DNA of 64,000 nucleotides from positions 1,335-65,334 of the forward strand of contig JAUVLW010000002.1 in the NCBI GenBank assembly GCA_030600555.1. Direction: 5' to 3'. The DNA comes from Candidatus Aenigmatarchaeota archaeon (GTDB taxonomy: Archaea; Aenigmatarchaeota; Aenigmatarchaeia; QMZS01). The notes below the pieces were generated by a model. The model searched no databases, was not told the DNA's origin, and was given only the letters and a program-made list of their open reading frames with translations. A program made the translations under genes and the position numbers. Positions 37,038 through 47,225 of the stretch are shown in pieces. Position 1 is the first letter of the stretch; each line of letters begins with the position of its first letter.

Positions 37038-37136
37038 ATATAATTAACGATTTTTAAGAACTTGCGGTTCTCGGATTAAATTAATCCAGTTATTTTATAA
37101 ATAAAGGAAAATAAGAATTTTCAAAGCATTTCTAAA

Positions 37137-37310
37137 TTATACCCCTAAATAAGAGAATATGAGGTAAAATATGAATCCAAAAAGACCTAATGCAAAAACC
37201 CCAATAGCAATAATCTTTGAATAACTAAGATATTCATCTTTACCCGGTTTTGTTGCAATTGTCAGTATTCTTTTGCATTGTTTTAGGAATGTTTTCAGTT
37301 TTTTCTTCAT
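37137..37310 (-). CDS. secE: Preprotein translocase subunit SecE / Sec61-gamma (57 aa)
   Basis: Hand-found, below the ORF-track cutoff: MKKKLKTFLKQCKRILTIATKPGKDEYLSYSKIIAIGVFALGLFGFIFYLIFSYLGV. Basic N-terminus, the KP...E(Y/F) motif and a single C-terminal TM match archaeal SecE. Confidence 0.65.
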   Translation of the reverse strand: MKKKLKTFLKQCKRILTIATKPGKDEYLSYSKIIAIGVFALGLFGFIFYLIFSYLGV

Positions 37311-37336
37311 TATAAAACTATGTAGGATATTTAAAT

Positions 37337-37786
37337 ATGGATTGGACTGATTTTCAATTGCTATATTGGTTTTTTAAAGACAGCAATAAGGTGATTTATT
37401 TAGGAACACCAGATATATTAAAATTTACTCTTATGAACTCAAAAGAGACTTACTATGTTTCTCCTGAAAAATTGGATTTAAATAGTCCAAAATTAAAAAA
37501 GTTTGAAGAGAACCCAGATGATTTAGAACTTTCCAGACTACCAAAAAAAGTTGATTGCCTTGTGAATTATCTTCCATTAAATATTGTCACCAGTTTCAAG
37601 GTCATGGGTAAATTTTTGGATTTATTAACTCCGGATAAAAAAATTCTGATTAAAATGCAGGTTCCAAAAAAACAGGTGCAGTACACAGAAGTGATGGTCC
37701 ACGATTTGTTGCCGCAATTTAATATTTCCCCAATGTCTTATCTTGATATTGAAGGGCATCGATATATTTTAGGTAAGAAGATTTAG
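37337..37786 (+). CDS. Hypothetical protein
   Basis: 149-aa ORF. No confident motif. Confidence 0.4.
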   Translation: MDWTDFQLLYWFFKDSNKVIYLGTPDILKFTLMNSKETYYVSPEKLDLNSPKLKKFEENPDDLELSRLPKKVDCLVNYLPLNIVTSFKVMGKFLDLLTPDKKILIKMQVPKKQVQYTEVMVHDLLPQFNISPMSYLDIEGHRYILGKKI

Positions 37787-37855
37787 GTTTGTGGAATAAT
37801 TAAGTGCTTGCAGAAACTAAGTGTGGTAAAGAGTAAATTAACATTTTAAATTATT

Positions 37856-38860
37856 ATGGTTTCCATACATGAACTTGATAAAATAGTTGATAAAATAAGA
37901 AGTCTTGAAACAGAAAAGAAAAAACTCGCAGTTTTTTTAAGAGAAATTAAAGAATTATACTGGAATGTATCAAAAGTAGAATTGGGAAATATTAAGATTG
38001 GGGGCGAAGATGGAGGATTGACAAAAAAATCAGGTCACCTAATGGATTTTGTTTTCTTAAGAGCCATAGGAGTTATTTTTAGTTATGAAAAAAGCAAACT
38101 TGCGGATGTTGCATATTATCCAACCATGAATCCAACCCCTGAAATCACTTATTCAAAAGAATCATTTTCTGATATTGAATTTAGGATTTTCTGGAGTCTG
38201 CAAAGAATAAAAAAAGAACTTACCGTGAGCATTGAAACAATTTCAAAATATTCTCCTAATTTGTTTTTGATAGATGGGAGTTTGCTGGTAAATCCTGCAG
38301 ATGCTCCAAGCACGGAAAGCACGGTTTATTCTGATTATCTTGAAGTCAACAGATTATTTGAAAAATTATGCAGCACCGCAAAACAGGAGAACTGTCTTCT
38401 TGCCGGAGTTGTTGAAGATTCAAGAAGTTCAGCATTCTGCAAATATGTTGCGGAAAATATTGTTAAGAAAGCAGACATTAAAAATCAAGAGGAACTTGCA
38501 ACTATATTAAACCGGACAAAAGACACAAACCTGCTTCATTACATGCTTGAGAAAGGAGAGGTCACAAAAATAATAAATCTTGAAGGAGAGATAAATTGTC
38601 TTTATTTAAAAACCGTGGAATTTGACCGACCAATAAGAGTTGAGTTTATAGGGGATGAAGTTCAGGGAAAAAGAATTGCTGAACTTGTTTATACAATTTC
38701 ATCCCAGAGCAAAACTTACGGGCTTCCAACTGTTTTGATTGAAGCTGACCAGAGAGCAAAATTGTCAGAGAATGATTCTGATAATTATGTGAATATAATC
38801 GCTTCAAAATTAGGTCTCCAGAATATTTTCTTTTTGAGGCGGGATAATCGTCCTTTTTGA
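37856..38860 (+). CDS. Hypothetical protein, possibly NurA-like 5'-3' nuclease domain
   Basis: 334 aa. Contains NLFLIDGSLLVNPAD, resembling the catalytic (A/I)DGS motif of NurA. The spacing differs from characterised NurA and no herA is adjacent. Tentative. Confidence 0.3.
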   Translation: MVSIHELDKIVDKIRSLETEKKKLAVFLREIKELYWNVSKVELGNIKIGGEDGGLTKKSGHLMDFVFLRAIGVIFSYEKSKLADVAYYPTMNPTPEITYSKESFSDIEFRIFWSLQRIKKELTVSIETISKYSPNLFLIDGSLLVNPADAPSTESTVYSDYLEVNRLFEKLCSTAKQENCLLAGVVEDSRSSAFCKYVAENIVKKADIKNQEELATILNRTKDTNLLHYMLEKGEVTKIINLEGEINCLYLKTVEFDRPIRVEFIGDEVQGKRIAELVYTISSQSKTYGLPTVLIEADQRAKLSENDSDNYVNIIASKLGLQNIFFLRRDNRPF

Positions 38861-38987
38861 TTTGTTGTGGAAATCTCCTTGTATTTAATAGGATTTACAC
38901 AAAAAGAATAGAAGGAATTATAAACTATTACACTGTAATAACCATTTTTAACAATTTTGCGTGAATTTATCATTTTCTATATAAATT

Positions 38988-40124
38988 ATGGGAAAAATTA
39001 CAGAAAATGCAAAATACCTTATAAAACTTTCATTAGAAGCAGGATCTCTTGTAGAGAGGACCGACATTATTGGCGCAATTTTTGGCCAGACAGAAGGATT
39101 ATTAGGACAGGAAATGGATTTGAAAGAACTGCAGGAAAGCGGTAAAATAGGCAGGATAGACATCCACTTTAAGAAAAACAAAGAGGAAAAAACTCAAGTG
39201 GAAATAATAATCCCGTCAAATTTATCAACTTCCGAAAGCGCTTTATTGGCGGCAGCTCTTGAGACAATTGACAAAGTTGGTTATACAACTGCAAAAGTAA
39301 CTTTGGAAGAAATAGAAGATATAAGAAGCAGCAAGAGAAATTTCATAGAAAAGAGAAGCAGGGAAATTCTTGAGAAATTGTACAAGGATATACCAGACAC
39401 AAAAGAAACCTTAAATAAACTTTCCTCTGATATCAGGACAAAAGAAATAAAAAATTATAAAGGTTTAACCGGAGGTCCCGATGTTTTAACAAACAAAGAG
39501 ATTATAATTGTTGAGGGTAGAGCGGACGTAGTTAATTTAGTGGGTTATGGAATAAAAAATGTAATAGCTGTTGGCGGAAGCAAACCTTCTCCTCAGATAA
39601 AAGAAGTTGTAAAAAATAAATCCGTAACTATTTTCCTTGATGGGGATCGCGGAGGAGATTTAACTTCAAAGAGATTAAATCAGGAAATAAAAATAGATTA
39701 CTTTGCGAGAGCGCCTGATGGAAAAGAAGTAGAAGAATTAACAAAAAAAGAAATTTACCAGTGTCTGAAAGTCAAAAAGAAAAATGATGGTAAATCAAAA
39801 GAAATACCTCAACCTAAAACAAAAGCAACTTTGCCGCCTGATTTAAAAGAAAAAGTAAAACCAATGATAAAGAATATGCTTGGAACAAAAGAAGTCAGGT
39901 TATTGGATAACAATCTTAATGAAGTTCATAAAATGGGCTATGGTGAAATCAAGCAGGTGTTGAAAACAGCGGACCTTGACAATGTGTCTATTATCTTGAT
40001 GGATGGAAAATTAACTCAGGAGCTTGCGGAACAAATAGAGAAGAAAAATATAAATGCGGTTGTGTGTTTTGATTCCGAAAGAATTAAAACAAAAATGAAA
40101 GTTTTATGCATTCATGATTTTTAA
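38988..40124 (+). CDS. dnaG: DNA primase DnaG (archaeal Toprim-type)
   Basis: Toprim motifs IIIVEGRADVVNL and FLDGDRGGDL. 378 aa. Confidence 0.85.
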   Translation: MGKITENAKYLIKLSLEAGSLVERTDIIGAIFGQTEGLLGQEMDLKELQESGKIGRIDIHFKKNKEEKTQVEIIIPSNLSTSESALLAAALETIDKVGYTTAKVTLEEIEDIRSSKRNFIEKRSREILEKLYKDIPDTKETLNKLSSDIRTKEIKNYKGLTGGPDVLTNKEIIIVEGRADVVNLVGYGIKNVIAVGGSKPSPQIKEVVKNKSVTIFLDGDRGGDLTSKRLNQEIKIDYFARAPDGKEVEELTKKEIYQCLKVKKKNDGKSKEIPQPKTKATLPPDLKEKVKPMIKNMLGTKEVRLLDNNLNEVHKMGYGEIKQVLKTADLDNVSIILMDGKLTQELAEQIEKKNINAVVCFDSERIKTKMKVLCIHDF

Positions 40125-40147
40125 TTTTATAATTTTTTTAAATTTAT

Positions 40148-41686
40148 TTATTCAGAGAACTCTATCTCTTTTTTAAGTGTTGTGCTTGATTGGTATTCCA
40201 TACTCATTTGAATCTTTTCTCTTGGGTCTTTAATATAAGGTCCGCATGTTATTTCACCTCCGGCTGGAATATTGCCTGTGCATGTTGTTCCATCAAATTT
40301 TAAATTTTTTGGCGCAGTTGCTTCATTTCCATTATTTCGAATAGTTACTTCCACAGACATCTGATCCACATCAGTTTTTCTTTCACAAATACCTCTTCTG
40401 CATTCGCATCCAGAACTGCATTCGTTTCCATTAGGACATTTATCTATTTCTTCCACACCATCCACAATATGAGTGCAATATTCATAATCATAGCTAACAT
40501 CAATAACCTCAGATTCAATAACAAAAGGAGACCATTTAGTGTAGACTTTTTTATCCCCTATCGAATTTCCTGTAGATAATTCATATTCCAGGGTTGTTGT
40601 ATAGGTGATTGTGGCTGAAACCTCTGCGGTTGTGCCTGCGTCCTGATGGGTTCTTATAGTTAATCCAAGACGACATTCTTTAGTTTCGCCAGAACCAACA
40701 ATTCCTTCGCAATTATTATTAATCATATACTGTTCAAAATAAGTGGGATAATTATAATCAATGTCTTTAATAGTCAAAGGAACCTTATTATTATTTTCAA
40801 CTTCAAAAGTAAGTGTTATTTGCGAAGTTGTGGGATATATTTTTTCAACTGAGGAATCAAAATTAAATTCTGCATCATCTCCAACTCTGCTAGTATCTGT
40901 TGTAGGATCTGTTGGGATATATTCTCCTTCCCCTTTAAGAATCATAAAATTTAAATATTTTATTTCCCTGTAAGTATATTCAATTTCCATATCGAAATTT
41001 ATTTCTTCGAGCTGGTCCGGGTCTCCGCTGAATTCGCATGAGACTGTGTTTGTGAATTCATTTATTTCTTCGCACATAATATCGTCGCCGTATATTGAAT
41101 CAAAATCCAGAATTCCGTTCATTCTTGGAATTAGTTTAATTGTAGCCCATGCGTTTCCTGTGTCTATTGGAGGATTTTTGTTTAATTCTATTTCTACATT
41201 CACAAGCCGGTCTGCTAAAGTATATATTTTTGGCTGTTCTTGAATTGGCTGTCCGGCAATTTCTTGTTCTATTGCGTATTCGCGGTCTGTAAATAAAATT
41301 GGAATGTGGAAATTGGATATTTTTAGTACCTGCACCTCAACGCTTATTCTGGATGGGATATCTGCGCTGATTTCAGGAGCCCCTAATTCCATTTCAAGGG
41401 TTTTTTTCTGCAAACCCTTTAGTTCTTCATCGCCAAATGAATCTGAGATAATAAAGATTCCCCCGTCCATTATTTTCCCGGAAACTTCATATTCTTCCAG
41501 TTCATCAAGGTTGTCAAAAGTCAGGTAAAGGAATGTTTTTTCTCCGGATTTAAGAGTTGTTAAATCAGATTCTAAAGTAATAATTAAGGGCTGTATTTGT
41601 CTTGGTGTTTGGTCATCAAGAAAAGGAATGGTGCATCCAGATAAACTTATTAAACAGATAAGCAGGAAGGGAATAATCTTATTCAT
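40148..41686 (-). CDS. Hypothetical secreted lipobox-like surface protein with Cys-rich C-terminus
   Basis: Signal peptide ...LICLISLSGC, long acidic beta-rich ectodomain, C-terminal CPNGNECSSGCECRRGICERK cluster. Confidence 0.5.
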   Translation of the reverse strand: MNKIIPFLLICLISLSGCTIPFLDDQTPRQIQPLIITLESDLTTLKSGEKTFLYLTFDNLDELEEYEVSGKIMDGGIFIISDSFGDEELKGLQKKTLEMELGAPEISADIPSRISVEVQVLKISNFHIPILFTDREYAIEQEIAGQPIQEQPKIYTLADRLVNVEIELNKNPPIDTGNAWATIKLIPRMNGILDFDSIYGDDIMCEEINEFTNTVSCEFSGDPDQLEEINFDMEIEYTYREIKYLNFMILKGEGEYIPTDPTTDTSRVGDDAEFNFDSSVEKIYPTTSQITLTFEVENNNKVPLTIKDIDYNYPTYFEQYMINNNCEGIVGSGETKECRLGLTIRTHQDAGTTAEVSATITYTTTLEYELSTGNSIGDKKVYTKWSPFVIESEVIDVSYDYEYCTHIVDGVEEIDKCPNGNECSSGCECRRGICERKTDVDQMSVEVTIRNNGNEATAPKNLKFDGTTCTGNIPAGGEITCGPYIKDPREKIQMSMEYQSSTTLKKEIEFSE

Positions 41687-41800
41687 AATAATTATTTATT
41701 TCATATAATTCAATACTTTCCGTTAACCTAAAATATGCTTAATTATGCAGGGGTTATTTAAATTCTAAGGATTCTTTTATAATTATTTCAATGTTGAATT

Positions 41801-42835
41801 ATGGTTGATTTAAAATTATTAAAAAAATTGAGTGAATCCTGCGGTGTTTCTGGTTTTGAAAGCGAAGTCAGGGAAGTGATAAAAAAAGAAATTTCAAAGT
41901 ATGCGGACAGTGTGATTGAAGATAATTTAGGAAATTTGATTGTTCTAAAAAAAGGTTCTGGTAAAAACAGGAAAAAAATAGCCTTGGTAGCTCATATGGA
42001 TGAGATTGGATTAATTGTAAAAAGAGTTGATAAAGGGTTTATTGAATTTTCAAAGATGGGTGGTATTGATGACAGGATTCTTTTAGCCCAGAGGGTTTTG
42101 ATAAAAGGAAAGTCTGAGATTGAGGGAATTATAGGTTCAAAGCCAGTTCATTTGCAGAAAGAAGAAGAGAGGAAGAAATTGGTGAAATATGATGAAATGT
42201 ATATTGAAGCGGGCTTTGCTGAGAAAGACAAATCTACGGTGGAAATAGGCACCCCGATTGCTTTTAAATCTGAATTTAAGGAATTGAGAAATAATCTTTT
42301 TGTTGGAAAATCCCTTGACAATAGGTTGGGAGTTTATTGTTTAATGGATTTGATTAAAAACATGAAAACCTCAAAAGATGATATATACTTTGTTTTTTCA
42401 ACTCAGGAAGAAGTTGGGTTGAAAGGCGCAAGAACTGCGGTTTATGCAATAGATCCTGATTTAGCTATTGTTATTGATACAGCTATTGCTGGGGATGTGC
42501 CTGCTGTGACTGAGAAAGACACTGAGATAAAATTGGGTGAGGGGGTTTCAATTACTTTGGTTGAGGCTGGAGGTCGCGGAATGATTTTACCCGAAAATTT
42601 AAAAAATTTTGTTCTTGATTTGGCGAAAAAGAATAAGATTAAACATCAACTGGAATTAGTTGAAGGAGGAATGACTGATACTGCTGTAGTTCAGATGATT
42701 AGGAAAGGTATTTTGAGTTTGTCTATTAATATTCCTCTAAGAAATATGCACACACCTAATGAGATTTTTAATGTGAAGGATTTGGAAGAAACAATTAAAT
42801 TCGCAGGATTGATTATAAAAAATTGGAAATACTAA
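41801..42835 (+). CDS. M42 family peptidase (TET/FrvX-type aminopeptidase; sometimes annotated endoglucanase)
   Basis: 344 aa with the AHMDEIGL metal-binding motif and M42 domain organisation. Confidence 0.8.
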   Translation: MVDLKLLKKLSESCGVSGFESEVREVIKKEISKYADSVIEDNLGNLIVLKKGSGKNRKKIALVAHMDEIGLIVKRVDKGFIEFSKMGGIDDRILLAQRVLIKGKSEIEGIIGSKPVHLQKEEERKKLVKYDEMYIEAGFAEKDKSTVEIGTPIAFKSEFKELRNNLFVGKSLDNRLGVYCLMDLIKNMKTSKDDIYFVFSTQEEVGLKGARTAVYAIDPDLAIVIDTAIAGDVPAVTEKDTEIKLGEGVSITLVEAGGRGMILPENLKNFVLDLAKKNKIKHQLELVEGGMTDTAVVQMIRKGILSLSINIPLRNMHTPNEIFNVKDLEETIKFAGLIIKNWKY

Positions 42836-42856
42836 TATTAATCTTTATTTAATATT

Positions 42857-43609
42857 ATGTTTAAAGCGGTTTTGGAGGATGTAGGTTTGATAAAAGAAAG
42901 TTTTAATGCAATTGCGGAAATTGTTGATGAGGGCACATTTAACATAAAGAAAGATGGGATTTCTCTCATATGTCCTGACAGAGCTGTTATCGCTGTTGTG
43001 GACTTTTTAATCCTTCCAACAGCATTCGAAAGTTATACTTGTGATAAAGAATTGGAAATAGGTTTGAATATTTTAAAAATGTTGCAGTTTATAAAGAAAT
43101 CAAAGCCCGACGATAAATTAACTTTGGCTGTTGATGAAAACGAGGATAGGTTTGAATTAACTCTTGAGGGAAGTACAACAAGGAAATTTGCAATGCCTAT
43201 TATTTCTGTTGCAAAACAGGAAATGCAGGATATAAGTAGATTTAATTTTGAAAATTCAATTGAACTTGACCCTTCAGTGCTAAAAGAAGGTCTTGAGAAT
43301 TGCGCTTTGATTTCTGATGGGATTGCAATAATGATTTCAAAAGAATCTTTGGTTTTAAAAGCCGAAGGAGATTCAAGTTTCACGCAGATAAAGATTGAAG
43401 CGGATAATCCTCAGTTGTATTCTCTAACCTGCAAAGAAGATACCGTTGCGAGATATTCCATTGAATACCTCAGTAAGATGTTGAAAGCCGGAAAACTTAC
43501 TGATAAAGTTAAACTTGAATTTAACAAAGATTACCCAGTTCATCTTGAATATATGATTAAGGACAAAGTCAAACTTGGGTTCATACTGGCTCCAAGAATT
43601 GAGGAATAA
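42857..43609 (+). CDS. pcn: DNA polymerase sliding clamp PCNA
   Basis: 250 aa, MFKAVLEDVGLIKESFNAIAEIVDEG... two-domain PCNA pattern. Confidence 0.85.
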   Translation: MFKAVLEDVGLIKESFNAIAEIVDEGTFNIKKDGISLICPDRAVIAVVDFLILPTAFESYTCDKELEIGLNILKMLQFIKKSKPDDKLTLAVDENEDRFELTLEGSTTRKFAMPIISVAKQEMQDISRFNFENSIELDPSVLKEGLENCALISDGIAIMISKESLVLKAEGDSSFTQIKIEADNPQLYSLTCKEDTVARYSIEYLSKMLKAGKLTDKVKLEFNKDYPVHLEYMIKDKVKLGFILAPRIEE

Positions 43610-43667
43610 TTTTTATAATAAATAAAAGATAAAATTCATTATCAAATTATAAATAATTTTCTGTTTA

Positions 43668-44417
43668 TTGATTATGGTATTTTCTGGAGTTGTAGAAGAC
43701 ATTTCCCAGTTGGAAACGGATGTGGCTGAGGGATATCTGTGGGCTGTGGAGTTGTTGGATATTATGGCCAGAAATCCAGATTTGGAAGTTAAGAAGGAAT
43801 TAGTTGAAAAAGCTTACGAAACTCAGTTCGAGACAATTCTTGTGAAAAGAGGAAAGAGAAATATTGATGATTTATCTTTTTCATATGCTTTGGTTGATAT
43901 CAGACAGGCTGATGAACAGATTAAGGAAGCGGAAGAATTGGGTTATAATGTGGATACTTCCATAACCCTATTAAAGGAAATAGTGCAGGATTTATACGAA
44001 GGCGTTTGTGATGATTTTGGCGGGAGTTCAAAATTGCTTAAATTTATAGAAAATTCTTACATTAATTTTGATGATTATACGAAAAATCTTGAAGGAGCAA
44101 TGCCTGTACTGGCAGAGAATTATTCAAAAGAAGTGTTAAAAAGAGCAAGAAAAAATGCAAAACACTTTAAAATAACCAGAAAGCGTCCTGTGCATAAACA
44201 CAGGTTAAGAGCATATCTGGAGGGATTAGAACCCGTTAAGGTCTATGGTGTAAACCAAGAGGATGAAATAACTAAAATCTTATATCTTGCTTACAAAAAA
44301 GGAGTGAAATATTTTATTGAAGAAGCAAATAAGTTGCCTGAAAACGACTCGATGAAATTAGAATACCTGAAATTAGCGGAAGTAAATGAAAAATATTTGA
44401 ATAATATATTCCAATAA
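43668..44417 (+). CDS. Hypothetical alpha-helical protein directly downstream of PCNA
   Basis: 249-aa ORF. No motif recognised. Position next to pcn suggests a replication accessory role, but that is speculative. Confidence 0.4.
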   Translation: MIMVFSGVVEDISQLETDVAEGYLWAVELLDIMARNPDLEVKKELVEKAYETQFETILVKRGKRNIDDLSFSYALVDIRQADEQIKEAEELGYNVDTSITLLKEIVQDLYEGVCDDFGGSSKLLKFIENSYINFDDYTKNLEGAMPVLAENYSKEVLKRARKNAKHFKITRKRPVHKHRLRAYLEGLEPVKVYGVNQEDEITKILYLAYKKGVKYFIEEANKLPENDSMKLEYLKLAEVNEKYLNNIFQ

Positions 44418-44465
44418 TCCACAATAAAATTATAGAATCAATGAACTTACTAATATATATTAATT

Positions 44466-45470
44466 ATGGAACCAATCCCACAAAAATCAAAAGAAGCATT
44501 ATTCTATGAAAAATTGCCAGACGAAAAAGTAAGATGTTTGCTTTGCCCAAGAATGTGTTATATAAATAAAAATTCAACAGGATTCTGCAGGGCAAGGAAA
44601 AATATGAAAGGTAGATTATATTCTCTGGTTTATTCAAAACCCTGCGCTTTATCAATTGACCCAATTGAAAAGAAACCTTTATTTCATTTTCTGCCCGGAA
44701 CCACAGCCCTTTCAATTGCGACCTGCGGATGCAATCTCTCCTGCGCTTTCTGTCAGAACTCTAAAATTTCACAGGGAGAAATTTTCGGTGACTTTGTTCC
44801 GCCTGAGAGAGTTATTGAACTTGCAAAAGAACACAAGGTAAAAACAATTGCTTATACTTACACTGAGCCAACCATTTTCTATGAATATGCTCTTGATATA
44901 ATGAAGCTGGCAAAAAAAGAAGGTTTAAGAAATATCTGGGTTTCAAATGGTTATATTAACAAGAATCCAATCAAAAAACTTGCGCCTTATCTGGATGCAA
45001 TTAATATTGATATAAAAGGTCCGGAAGGACTTTACTCAACTTTGTGTCTGGCTTCTTTAAAACCAGTGCTTGAATCAATACTCGAATACAAAAAACAGAA
45101 TATCTGGATTGAACTCACCAGTTTGATTATTCCGGAACACAATGATTCAAAAGAATGGATTAATTATATTTCGTCGTGGATTAAAACTAACCTCGGTTCA
45201 GAAACTCCGTTGCATCTTTCTAGATTTCATCCTGATTATAAACTTCTAAATTTAGAGCCGACAAAAATTAAAGTTCTTAAAGATTTATTTAAAGAAGCAA
45301 AGAAAAAATTAAAATATGTTTATCTTGGAAATGTTTTTGAACCTGAATATGAAAGCACTTTTTGTCCTTCATGCGGAAACTTGATGATAAAACGGCAGGG
45401 CTATGAAGTGGATTTTGAACACTCAAAATGCAGGAAATGCAATGCCTTGTTGGCGGGAATCTTTGATTAA
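44466..45470 (+). CDS. AmmeMemoRadiSam-system radical SAM enzyme (PFL-activase-like)
   Basis: N-terminal Cys cluster (CLLCPRMC...GFC) followed by the CNLSCAFCQN radical-SAM CxxxCxxC motif. 334-aa length is typical of this family. Confidence 0.75.
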   Translation: MEPIPQKSKEALFYEKLPDEKVRCLLCPRMCYINKNSTGFCRARKNMKGRLYSLVYSKPCALSIDPIEKKPLFHFLPGTTALSIATCGCNLSCAFCQNSKISQGEIFGDFVPPERVIELAKEHKVKTIAYTYTEPTIFYEYALDIMKLAKKEGLRNIWVSNGYINKNPIKKLAPYLDAINIDIKGPEGLYSTLCLASLKPVLESILEYKKQNIWIELTSLIIPEHNDSKEWINYISSWIKTNLGSETPLHLSRFHPDYKLLNLEPTKIKVLKDLFKEAKKKLKYVYLGNVFEPEYESTFCPSCGNLMIKRQGYEVDFEHSKCRKCNALLAGIFD

Positions 45471-45655
45471 TTATCATCCAGTAAATTTTTGAGGTTTTCT
45501 ATTTCGGATGGCAGGAAGAGGTCGTCAAATGGACCACTGATTACTCCGAAATGAGAAAATACTGTTTCGCAATTTATGCATTGATAATGTTTTCCTTTTT
45601 TGTTTCCTTTCACTCCGCATATGGGACAATAACTTTTTCTAGTATAATGCAGCAT
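45467..45655 (-). CDS. Small zinc-ribbon protein (62 aa)
   Basis: CPICG...CINC pair of CxxC motifs. Confidence 0.4.
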   Translation of the reverse strand: MLHYTRKSYCPICGVKGNKKGKHYQCINCETVFSHFGVISGPFDDLFLPSEIENLKNLLDDN

Positions 45656-45785
45656 ATAATAATTATAAAAAAACTATAAATTAATATAGGTTTGTTGTAA
45701 GTAAATTGTCGAATTGGTTGTTGTTCAATTTTATATTTCTTTTGTAATTGCTTTAGATAACACAATTGTTAAAAATAAATCTAAT

Positions 45786-46910
45786 TTATAATGTTGCCAG
45801 TTTCGTTCTTTTACCGCTAAATTTTAGCAAATCTCTTAACCTGATTAATTCATTTAGTTTTGCGATTCTTATTTGGGATATTCCGAATTTTGCGATTTTG
45901 GTAAGAAGACTTAGTTTGGAGATTGTGGAATCGCAGGTCTCTCCGGACCTGTGCGACAAAACAGGAATCATATTTAGTTTTTTTGCTTTATCTATGCAGT
46001 CCAACGCACCTGTAACTGTTCCAACCTGATTGGGTTTTACAATACAGGAGTTTGCAAGTTCCTTGTCAAGTCTGGTGATTTGCGTGGCAAATAAATCATC
46101 CCCGCAGATTAAACATTTTTTCCTAAATCTTTTTGTCAATTCCATAAAACCCGAAACATCATTTTCTTCAAAAGGATCTTCTATAAAATATAGTTTATAA
46201 TCTTTTATCCATTGACCCATTAAATCAACCTGTTCTTCTTTGCTGACTTTCAGGTTTTTATAAACATATTTTTTTCCATCAAATAATTCTGACGCCGCTA
46301 AATCAATCCCAACTTTTGTTTTATATTTTTTTGCAATATCTAAAACATTTCCAAGGGCTTCTTCATTTGAGAAATTCATTACAAGAGCACCTTCATCATT
46401 AACTCCAAGGAATTTAGTTTTGTATTTATCCCGAAGTTCATTCATTATAGCAAAATTTGTTTTTATTCCATCAAAGATATCTTTTGCTTTAACAGGCAAT
46501 AATAAAATTTCCTGGATGTCTGTTATGCCATGGTGAGCTCCGCCTCCAATCACATTTCCCATGGGAATAGGAATTTCCCCGGAAACTTTATGAAGAAATT
46601 TATCGGTGTTTAGATTAAAGAAAGCAAATGATAAACTTGTTGTGAGATTTGAACCAATTTTTTCCAGATTATTCATCAACAATAAATCAAATTCTTCCTG
46701 CGTAAATTTCCCAGTAAATTTATTTTTAATTTTATTAAAATTTTTCAATCCAGCATCGAGATTAACAAGTTTGGCTTCTTTGGTTCCAACACTTGCTCCG
46801 CTTGGAGCGCTTCCAACCCCAGTTTTATTATTTGAAAATATTGTTGATTCGATTGTTTCTTCTCCTCTTGAGTTGAATATTTTTCTCAGACCAATGCATT
46901 CAATTTTCAT
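45786..46910 (-). CDS. eno: Enolase (short form)
   Basis: SAPSGASVGTKEA matches the enolase SGASTG...EA signature. 374 aa is short but within range for reduced archaeal enolases. Confidence 0.75.
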   Translation of the reverse strand: MKIECIGLRKIFNSRGEETIESTIFSNNKTGVGSAPSGASVGTKEAKLVNLDAGLKNFNKIKNKFTGKFTQEEFDLLLMNNLEKIGSNLTTSLSFAFFNLNTDKFLHKVSGEIPIPMGNVIGGGAHHGITDIQEILLLPVKAKDIFDGIKTNFAIMNELRDKYKTKFLGVNDEGALVMNFSNEEALGNVLDIAKKYKTKVGIDLAASELFDGKKYVYKNLKVSKEEQVDLMGQWIKDYKLYFIEDPFEENDVSGFMELTKRFRKKCLICGDDLFATQITRLDKELANSCIVKPNQVGTVTGALDCIDKAKKLNMIPVLSHRSGETCDSTISKLSLLTKIAKFGISQIRIAKLNELIRLRDLLKFSGKRTKLATL

Positions 46911-46919
46911 ATTTCGTTG

Positions 46920-47225
46920 TTATGGACATAAACATGCTTTTTTTGCTTCATCTTCTTTTGCAACTCCATAAGTTTTATTAAGATAAGGATAAATAAACTC
47001 ACCTTCTTTATTAATTATATCAAGTTTATCCACACAAGGACCTGTTTCCGCTGAAATCCACATTATGCATTCACCGCGCAGATTATTTTCTTCATTGATT
47101 GTGTTAATCTCTTTATTCCATCCACTAAATATAAAAGTTATAATAACCACCAAAATAAAAATAGCAACAATAAGATAGACAATCGGACTTATTTTGAGGT
47201 CCCCTTCCAATTTATTTTTCATCAT
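46920..47225 (-). CDS. Small membrane protein co-transcribed with the secretion ATPase
   Basis: 101 aa, single TM (ISPIVYLIVAIFILVVIITFIF). Its start overlaps the ATPase stop. No class III signal peptide seen. Confidence 0.4.
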   Translation of the reverse strand: MMKNKLEGDLKISPIVYLIVAIFILVVIITFIFSGWNKEINTINEENNLRGECIMWISAETGPCVDKLDIINKEGEFIYPYLNKTYGVAKEDEAKKACLCP

